A stretch of DNA of 64,000 nucleotides, from the NCBI GenBank assembly GCA_965248835.1, contig CBDFLJ010000002.1, forward strand, positions 1,824,001 to 1,888,000, written 5' to 3'. Source of the stretch: Alphaproteobacteria bacterium. GTDB taxonomy: Bacteria; Pseudomonadota; Alphaproteobacteria; MPNO01. Position 1 is the stretch's first letter, and each line of letters begins with the position of its first letter. The position numbers and the translations under genes are program-made. Shown one piece after another: positions 10,954 through 17,927 of this stretch. The notes beneath the pieces were generated by a model that saw nothing but the letters and a program-made list of their open reading frames with translations, made no database searches and was not told where the DNA came from.

Positions 10954-11315
10954 CCAAACTCGATTCCGCCAAGCGGGCCCAGATTGCCGAGCGCCTGAAA
11001 GAGGCGCGCAAGCTTGCAGGCCTGTCACAAGGCCATGTCGCCAAGATGCTCGGCCTGCATCGCCCCTCCGTCAGCGAGATGGAAGCCGGCAACCGCCGCG
11101 TCTCAGCCGACGAGCTCGCCCGGCTTGCCGAGATATATGACGTCAGCGTCGTCTGGCTGCTTGGCGAGGCGCCCGAGACACTTGACGCCCAGGACCCGCG
11201 GCTTGAGCTCGCCGCGCGCGAACTCTCAAAACTCAAGCCCGACGACCTGGAACACCTGCTCAAGCTGTTGGCCGCCCTGCGCAGCGATTCCAACGCGACT
11301 GGAGGTGATCGCTGA
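10950..11315 (+). CDS. XRE family helix-turn-helix regulator
   Basis: RLKEARKLAGLSQGHVAKMLGLHRPSVSEMEAGNRRVS; ATGA coupling to the upstream gene. Confidence 0.92.
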   Translation: MTKLDSAKRAQIAERLKEARKLAGLSQGHVAKMLGLHRPSVSEMEAGNRRVSADELARLAEIYDVSVVWLLGEAPETLDAQDPRLELAARELSKLKPDDLEHLLKLLAALRSDSNATGGDR

Positions 11316-12217
11316 TGAACGTGATGCGCACCACCAAGCCCAGCTTCAACCGCCGCGCCCTGGCGACTCAAGCAATGCAGGCCGCCACGGCCACGCGGGC
11401 GAAGGCCGAGCTCGACCAAGCCGGACCGATCTGCATCTACGGGCTGTGCGAGACGCTGGGCATCGTGGTGCGCTTCAACAACATCAACATGGAAGGGATG
11501 TATCAGCGCGGCCTTCCACCACGCATCCATCTCTCGGCACGAAGGCCGCTGCCGCGGCGCACCTACAATTGCGCGCATGAGCTCGGTCATCACGTGTTCG
11601 GCCACGGCTCGTCGATCGACGAACTGCGCGAGGACGCCAAGGCGCAGCCTTGGGAAGACCCAAAGGAGTTCCTGGCCGACACCTTCGCTGGCTTCATCCT
11701 CATGCCGATCATTGGACTGCGCCGCGCCTTCTCGGTCCGGGGTTGGACGCCGGAAACGGCGACGCCGGCGCAGATCTTCACCATCGCTTGCGAGTTCGGC
11801 GTCGGGTACGCGACGCTTCTAACCCACCTCTCGGCAGGCGTGAACATGTTGTCGCGCGGCCGCGCCGCCGCTCTTCAGCGGATCACGCCCAAGGCCCTGC
11901 GCACGGATATCCTCGGTGCGTTGACGCCCGAGCCGCTGATCGTCGCCGATCACCATCGCACCGCGCCCACCTTGGACGCAGAGGTCAAGACGCTGCTTCT
12001 GCTGCCGCCCGGCGCCAAGGTGACGGGCGGCGGACTCGCCTTCGAGCGCGACCTCGCAGCCGGACGCCTGTTCCGGGCGGTGAAGCCAGGGATCTTCCAG
12101 GCAAGCGCCGGTGACTGGGCAGTCTTTGTGCGCCTAGCTCCGGTCCAGAAAAACGAGCCGCACGGCTATGTCGGTCTGGCGCAATACCGGCATCTGGAGG
12201 AGGACCCGGATGAGTAA
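11315..12217 (+). CDS. ImmA/IrrE family Zn metallo-endopeptidase with extra C-terminal region
   Basis: RRTYNCAHELGHH (HExxH), EFLADTFAGFILMP, IACEFGV; TGATG coupling to the XRE gene. Confidence 0.88.
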   Translation: MNVMRTTKPSFNRRALATQAMQAATATRAKAELDQAGPICIYGLCETLGIVVRFNNINMEGMYQRGLPPRIHLSARRPLPRRTYNCAHELGHHVFGHGSSIDELREDAKAQPWEDPKEFLADTFAGFILMPIIGLRRAFSVRGWTPETATPAQIFTIACEFGVGYATLLTHLSAGVNMLSRGRAAALQRITPKALRTDILGALTPEPLIVADHHRTAPTLDAEVKTLLLLPPGAKVTGGGLAFERDLAAGRLFRAVKPGIFQASAGDWAVFVRLAPVQKNEPHGYVGLAQYRHLEEDPDE

Positions 12218-13064
12218 GGCCAGGAATCTGGTGGCGCCGCCGCCCCTGGTGATCGACGACACCAATCTGTCGCGCGCCTGGGCACGGCTGCTTCTGCAGG
12301 TTCTCGACGGCGCCGGCACGGAGGTCGCCCCGTTAATCCTGAGCCTGAGCGGCTTCGCCCAAAACGGCGCCGCCGTCGAAGACCCTGCGGTGCGCCAAGC
12401 CCTCGATCAGCTGCTCAAGCGCAAGGGCCGAATCGTGGTCGAGAACGTCGCGTTCACGATCTTCCCACAGGGGCTCTGGGAGATGTCGCGCGGCGACCGG
12501 ACTCGCCTTTTCGCCCGCTATCGCGCGACATTCCCGCGCTGGCAGGCGATGAACCGCAGGGCCAATGGCCGCGGCCTGTATTTCGAGCGCATGGTCATGT
12601 ACGGGCGCGGCCCGTGCGACGGCAATCAACTGGAGTGGATCTTGTCTCAATTCAATTCCCGGAAGGGCGTGCGCCGTTCGATGCTTCAAGCGACCACCTT
12701 CGATCCAGGCCGCGACCACGTCGCCAGCGCGCAGCTCGGCTTTCCGTGCCTGCAGCAGGTGAGCTTCGAGCCTACCGCGGCCGGGCTCGTTACCAACGCC
12801 TTCTATGCGACCCAGCAGATTTTCGACAAAGCCTATGGCAACTATCTCGGCCTAGCCCAGCTCGGCGCCTTCATGGCCCGTGAGATGGGCATGTCGCTCG
12901 CGCGCCTGAACGTCATGGTCGGGGTCGCCAAGCTCGACCGGATCAACAAGAGCGATGCCGATCTTGTCCCGCTGGTCGCAGCCGCTCGGGCCCTCGTATC
13001 GCCGCCCACTGCCCCGGCGCCGCGAACGCCTATCTCCACTGCGAGCGCCGGAGCAACGCTTTGA
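12210..13064 (+). CDS. Divergent thymidylate-synthase-fold protein
   Basis: YFERM, NQLEWIL, RRSML, FDPGRD, FPCLQQVSF (catalytic PC) and AYGNY occur in TS motif order. GGAGGAGG RBS before ATG 12210. Confidence 0.7.
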   Translation: MSKARNLVAPPPLVIDDTNLSRAWARLLLQVLDGAGTEVAPLILSLSGFAQNGAAVEDPAVRQALDQLLKRKGRIVVENVAFTIFPQGLWEMSRGDRTRLFARYRATFPRWQAMNRRANGRGLYFERMVMYGRGPCDGNQLEWILSQFNSRKGVRRSMLQATTFDPGRDHVASAQLGFPCLQQVSFEPTAAGLVTNAFYATQQIFDKAYGNYLGLAQLGAFMAREMGMSLARLNVMVGVAKLDRINKSDADLVPLVAAARALVSPPTAPAPRTPISTASAGATL

Positions 13065-14203
13065 ATGCGAGGTCGCCCAAAGTCCCCAAGAAACGTCCGC
13101 GAGGCCGTCCCCGGAAACCTCGTCCCAGCGCAGTCAACGCATCGCTCCCGATGGAGCTGCCCTTCGCGGTTCGGCCCGCGGCGCCCGCGCCGATCATCCT
13201 GCGCCACCTTGCGCCAGCCACAGTGTCCGAGGTTTATGAGAACTATTGGCGCTTCGCCGCCGAAAGGCAGGCGGTGTTTTTCCGCCGTGTGCGCGGCGAG
13301 ACTCGCCCATGGACGGACAATCCGGTGCTGGCGATTTACAAGTTCACCAACGCCTACCGCGCGTCCGACCGCGTCAGCCAGTATCTCATCCGCCATGTCA
13401 TCTATCGAGACGATCTACCCAAGTCACCGCTCGAAGTGTTCTTCCGCATCCTGCTGTTCAAGCTGTTCAACAAGATCGAGACCTGGGAGCTCCTCGAAGG
13501 CGCGCTCGGCCCAATCACCTTCGAGGACTATCGCTTCGCCGCCCATGACGCCGTGCTCTCGCGCGCGATGCAGACCGGACGTCGCATCTACTCGGCCGCG
13601 TACATCATGCCGCCGGGCAGCCGCTCCTTCGGGCGATCGGCCAAGCACCAGAACCATCTGTTGCTGCTCGAACGCATGATGGCAGATCGGCTTGCCGAGC
13701 GATTGGCCCAGACCCGCACCATGCAGGAGGGCTTCGAGAAGCTGCGTGCCTACCCAACGATCGGCGACTTCCTCGCCTACCAATTCATCACCGACATCAA
13801 TTACAGCGAACTCACCGATTTCAGTGAGATGGACTTCGTCATACCCGGCCCGGGCGCGCGCGACGGCCTGCGAAAATGCTTCGTCGATCCGGGCGGCCTG
13901 AACGAACCCGAGCTCATCCGGCTGATGGCCGACCTGCAAGAACAAGAGTTCGAACGGCTGGGCCTCGACTTCCAATCACTCTGGGGCCGCCGCCTCCAGC
14001 TGATCGACTGCCAGAATCTGTTCTGCGAGGTCGATAAATATGCGCGCGTGGCGCACCCGCAGATCGCGGGAAAGACCGGCCGTGTACGCATCAAGCAGAA
14101 GTTCGTTCCGACCTCGGAGCCGATCGGTTTCTTCTACCCCCCCAAGTGGAAGCTCAACAACAAGATCCGCGTCGCCGCGCTGCAGCGCGCTGCAGCCACG
14201 TGA
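13061..14203 (+). CDS. aGPT-Pplase clade-1 / 5-hmdU-DNA modification helical-domain family protein (putative DNA base hypermodification protein)
   Basis: YWRFAAERQ, PWTDNPVL..YKFTNAYRASDRVSQ, LFKLFNK, IGDFLAYQFITDI, GPGARDGL, DCQNLFCEVDKY. TTG start overlaps the TS stop; a later ATG at 13151 is possible. Confidence 0.78.
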   Translation: MNARSPKVPKKRPRGRPRKPRPSAVNASLPMELPFAVRPAAPAPIILRHLAPATVSEVYENYWRFAAERQAVFFRRVRGETRPWTDNPVLAIYKFTNAYRASDRVSQYLIRHVIYRDDLPKSPLEVFFRILLFKLFNKIETWELLEGALGPITFEDYRFAAHDAVLSRAMQTGRRIYSAAYIMPPGSRSFGRSAKHQNHLLLLERMMADRLAERLAQTRTMQEGFEKLRAYPTIGDFLAYQFITDINYSELTDFSEMDFVIPGPGARDGLRKCFVDPGGLNEPELIRLMADLQEQEFERLGLDFQSLWGRRLQLIDCQNLFCEVDKYARVAHPQIAGKTGRVRIKQKFVPTSEPIGFFYPPKWKLNNKIRVAALQRAAAT

Positions 14204-14220
14204 CGCCGAAGGAGACGCGC

Positions 14221-15117
14221 ATGGATTTCAACGGCTATCAGAAGGAGGCGCTGCGCACCGATCGTGTGCCCGCGCGCGACGATGCCACCTCGTTGATCGT
14301 GCCCATGCTTGGCCTTGCCGGCGAAACCGGACAGCTACTCAGCGAATACAAGAAACACTTGCGCGACGGCGAGGCACATCGCCTATTCAAGGACCGCGTG
14401 TCCGAGGAATTGGGCGACCTGCTCTGGTATATCGCCAACGTTGCCAGCAAGTTCGATCTCTCGCTCTCCGACATCGCAGCGGCCAACTTGGCCAAGGTCA
14501 AGCAGCGCTGGGCGAGCGAGCGCGCCGAGCCGTTAACCTTTGACGCCGAGCTTCCCGAACGCGAGCGCCTGCCGCGCCGGTTCGAAGTCGAGGTGATCGA
14601 TGTCGAGGGGGGTGCGCGCCAGCACGTGCGGCTCCTGATCGATGGCAAGCCGCTTGGCGCGGAGCTCACCGACAACGCGTACGATCCCGACGGTTATCGC
14701 TTCCACGACGTCTTCCACTTCGCCTACGCCGCCGTGCTTGGCTGGTCACCAATCACGCGGGGGTTGCTCCGGCGAAAGCGCAAGAGCCGACCGCTGCTCG
14801 ACGAGGTGGAGGACGGCGGCCGCGCGGCCGTCATCGAAGAGGGCGTGGTGGCGCTCACGTTCGACTATGCGCGTCGCCATCACTTCCTCGACGGCGTGGC
14901 CGCCCTCGATTTTCAGTTGCTGCGCACGATCAAGGACATGACGTCCCATCTGGAAGTACGGCGATGCACCACCGGCGAATGGGAGCAAGCCATTCTGCAG
15001 GGCTTCGACGTGTGGCGTGTGGTGCTCGCCGCGCGCGGAGGCCATATCGCCGTCGATCTGGGCGCCCGGCGCATCACCTTTCTAGGCCCGTCCGCCGGTC
15101 AGGAACCGCGCGCATGA
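14221..15117 (+). CDS. MazG-like NTP pyrophosphohydrolase with C-terminal MazG-associated domain
   Basis: LGLAGETGQL..EYKK and EELGDLLWY (MazG fold); C-terminal DNAYDPDGYRFHDVFH..LGWSP..DEVEDGGRA. Confidence 0.85.
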   Translation: MDFNGYQKEALRTDRVPARDDATSLIVPMLGLAGETGQLLSEYKKHLRDGEAHRLFKDRVSEELGDLLWYIANVASKFDLSLSDIAAANLAKVKQRWASERAEPLTFDAELPERERLPRRFEVEVIDVEGGARQHVRLLIDGKPLGAELTDNAYDPDGYRFHDVFHFAYAAVLGWSPITRGLLRRKRKSRPLLDEVEDGGRAAVIEEGVVALTFDYARRHHFLDGVAALDFQLLRTIKDMTSHLEVRRCTTGEWEQAILQGFDVWRVVLAARGGHIAVDLGARRITFLGPSAGQEPRA

Positions 15118-15503
15118 GCCTCCGCACCCAATGCGAGAACGCTCGCCATCGCCACGCCGCCGGCATGGCTGATGCTGAGCCGCCAAGCGGTCACTCCCAA
15201 CGCCGTGGCGGCCTTCGCCGCGCCGCCCGAAAGTCGGACCTCCGGCGCCGCGCCCGGCGCGCGTTGGATCATCACATCGGTGAAGGCGACCCCTGCCCCG
15301 AAGCCGGTGCCGACCGCCTTGAGCACCGCTTCCTTAGCGGCGAACCGCCCCGCCAGGCGCTCGATCCGATCGACCCCATCGCCGATCTCATCCAGCTCGG
15401 CTTGCACGAAGCAACGCGGAATCAGTGGGTCGCGCGGATCCTCTATCCACCGCCGCATCTCGGCGATGTCCACTAGGTCAATGCCGTGTCCGACGACGTT
15501 CAT
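15099..15503 (-). CDS. acpS: Holo-[acyl-carrier-protein] synthase (AcpS-type PPTase)
   Basis: MNVVGHGIDLVDI, LAGRFAAKEAVLKAVGTG, LSISHAG. Start ATG 15503, within the longer listed ORF. Confidence 0.92.
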   Translation of the reverse strand: MNVVGHGIDLVDIAEMRRWIEDPRDPLIPRCFVQAELDEIGDGVDRIERLAGRFAAKEAVLKAVGTGFGAGVAFTDVMIQRAPGAAPEVRLSGGAAKAATALGVTAWRLSISHAGGVAMASVLALGAEAHARGS

Positions 15504-15596
15504 AAGACCCGTTTTTCCTCGAGGCGACACATGAATGGGGCCCCAACGCTCGGGAACGCCGTGAATCAATAATAGAGAGCAGGGGGAAACAAAGCG

Positions 15597-16349
15597 ATGA
15601 CCAAGCTGCCAGCCATGTTCTGGAGCGGGGAGACCCTCAGCGAACGGCTCAAGACGCTGATAGACCCGTTCGTCTCCGGACGAGTGGATTGCGCCGCTTA
15701 TACGCTTTCGATCGGCCCGGAAGTCTATGTGTCGCCCAACGACCAGACCGCCGATCCGACCACGGTCACGATCCGCAAGCTCAGCGAGGGAGAGGCGTTC
15801 ACCATCCCGCCCGGCCAGTTCGCCTTCCTGCTCACCGAGGAGGTCGTCTCCGTCCCAGCGGATGCGCTGGCCTTCATCTCCATTCGAGCGAAGACCAAGT
15901 TCCGTGGTTTGGTCAACGTATCCGGGTTTCATGTTGATCCTGGCTATCGCGGTCAGCTGACGTTCGCGGTCTTCAACGCCGGTCCTGTGCCAGTCCACCT
16001 CAAGCGCGGACAACCGACATTCCTGATCTGGTACGCGAGCCTCGACCGCGAGACCGCCTTCAAGAAGGACGGTACGATTCACAAGGGCATCGATCCCGAG
16101 CTAGTAACGGCCGTCGCCGGCGAACTGCAATCCTTCGCCGGCCTCTCCAAGAAGATTGAGGACGTCGACAAGGCGCTCCGCGACCGCGTCCATGCACTTG
16201 AAAAGGAGCAGACCGGATACCGCGTCATCGGCGCGGTCGCGTTGGCGCTCATGATTGCGCTGACCGTGAACTGGCTTACGGACAGCATCCCGTCTCGTTC
16301 GGCGCCGCCCCCGCAGGCAACATCGCCGTCGCAAGCGCCAACTCAGTAG
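15597..16349 (+). CDS. dcd: dCTP deaminase (trimeric dUTPase fold) with C-terminal coiled segment and transmembrane helix
   Basis: AAYTLSIG, IPPGQFAFLLTEE, GFHVDPGYRGQL; C-terminal VIGAVALALMIALTVNWL. Confidence 0.78.
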   Translation: MTKLPAMFWSGETLSERLKTLIDPFVSGRVDCAAYTLSIGPEVYVSPNDQTADPTTVTIRKLSEGEAFTIPPGQFAFLLTEEVVSVPADALAFISIRAKTKFRGLVNVSGFHVDPGYRGQLTFAVFNAGPVPVHLKRGQPTFLIWYASLDRETAFKKDGTIHKGIDPELVTAVAGELQSFAGLSKKIEDVDKALRDRVHALEKEQTGYRVIGAVALALMIALTVNWLTDSIPSRSAPPPQATSPSQAPTQ

Positions 16350-16633
16350 ATCGCCACGTCAACCTCGATGGCAGCTCGTCCGACGGGCCTGTCCGGCCCC
16401 GTCGTTCCGCCACGGCGCGCGCCAGCAGGATCGTCAGGCATTGCCAGTGCCCGGCAGCATTCTACCCTTGGCGGTCACGCCGCCGAGATCGGCGTCAATC
16501 GAGATTCCGCCGACGTTGAGGCCCGCCCCATCCCTGCACGCCCTAACGGATACGACCGCCCGGATTGGCGGACGCAGAAAACGGCCGCTGCGGCAGGAAA
16601 CCGGTCGGCTGCACACTCCGCCCCACCCCTCGG

Positions 16634-16729
16634 CCGAACGAATCCACGGCTTGTCCGAACGAATGCGCCTGTCGCGCGCTCGAATGCGTTGGAATTGAAT
16701 GAATCCGCTTACGGTCTGCTTACGTTACG
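16634..16729. repeat. Short phased direct repeats at the right edge of the cassette
   Basis: CCGAACGAAT at 16634 and 16655; CGAAT three times with 21-nt period; GCTTACG at 16707 and 16718 plus TTACG at 16725. Confidence 0.45.
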
Positions 16730-16784
16730 GCGTTGGATCATCGAACCGAGTCGCGCGTCAGATGCGCGTAGCGCGCCGTCGTCT

Positions 16785-17856
16785 CGGTCCGTCGGATGGA
16801 TCACCACGCCGCGCCCGCACAGATCGATCAGTTGATCGACCATGTGCGGGACGTTCTCGAGATAGTAGGCCCGGCCGAAATCGACGAAGATGTTGTTGGG
16901 CTTATAGAGCCCGCCCGGGGTGAATATCCCGGTTTCTTCGGCGGCGAGCGTGAACGCCCGGCAGGTTTCCCGAAAGCGCACCAGGTCGGCAACCTGGGAT
17001 TGCACGATCGGTGCGGCGTTGGTCCCCAGACTCTCGGTCACAAGAACCGCCAGACCCGCAATCAGCTCCGCATTGATGACGTGACGGGTCTGGGTCTCGA
17101 TATGGATCCAATCGAAGATCCGCTGCGGGTACGGCATCGCATGGTCGAGGTTGCCGAGAGGCCGGACACGGTCCCAGGGGATCAGCACGTCGTCGAAATA
17201 GGCCATGCTGCCGAGTTCGTCGCCTTGGCTCGATAGCGGCCAGTCATATTCGCTCGCCCCGTCCAAAGCGTTGGAACGCCGCGTCACATGGGTGATGTTG
17301 GGATGGTTGACCGGCACCATCGCGAAGACCTCCTGCTCGGGCACGGCTCCCGGCTTCCACAAGATGCCGACCTCGATCTCGTTGGCAAAGACGACCATCG
17401 GCGCGATGGCGCGATCCTGGCTCCGGAGTTCATTCCAGCAATCGCGGATGTTCTGGGCGAAGGGGCCGTCCTTGCCGAAAACGGTCTGCGCCTCCCAGAC
17501 TTCGGGGTCATCGACCAGGGTGAACATGACTGTGTTGGTGCTCCCCGGCGGGCGGGTCCACACCTGGGAGTGACACCAAAAGAACTCGTGTCAGTTGCGC
17601 CGGGCGAGGACGTCTTCCTTCGAGCGCGGCAACATCCAGTGCTTGGCCCGACACTCGCCGTCTTCGTCTGGTGCCGCGGATCGCGGTGCAAATCGTAGTA
17701 GCGCGCGATCATGGCGGCACAACCGCGCGTTTTGGGGTGGGTCGTCAGATCTTCGATTCGTTCACCGTCGCAATAGACGTTCCGCCCGTCTCTGATCGAG
17801 TCGAGATATTCTTCGCCGGTCCGCTCCCTTGATATGCATTTGGTTTCTGGCGACAT
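16785..17856 (-). pseudogene. Degraded two-component flavin monooxygenase, TftD/TcpA/HadA (chloro/nitrophenol 4-monooxygenase) branch of the HpaB family
   Basis: N-terminus RTGEEYLDSIRDGRNVY..TTHP is in one frame; DDPEVWEAQ, PLSSQGDELG, YPQRIFDW and GGLYKPN..DFGRA are in another. Internal segments and the C-terminus are missing. Confidence 0.8.
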
Positions 17857-17927
17857 CGAAATGTGTCGTCGATTTCGGGTATAGATTGCCAAGCCCAAAG
17901 TCCAGGATAGTAGCCTGAACTTAAGGC

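Noticed and set aside
15597-16349. Match to the known anti-phage dCTP deaminase (AvcD-type) system
   Set aside because: Those proteins have a kinase plus a Zn-dependent dCMP-deaminase fold (HAE...PCxxC). This one has trimeric dUTPase-fold Dcd motifs.
10648-16349. Cassette as a prophage fragment or a PKS/NRPS cluster
   Set aside because: No structural, replication or lysis genes, and no ketosynthase, adenylation or condensation domains.
16368-16835. 155-aa ORF after dcd
   Set aside because: No motif, atypical composition, and it overlaps the repeats and the pseudogene end; treated as non-coding.
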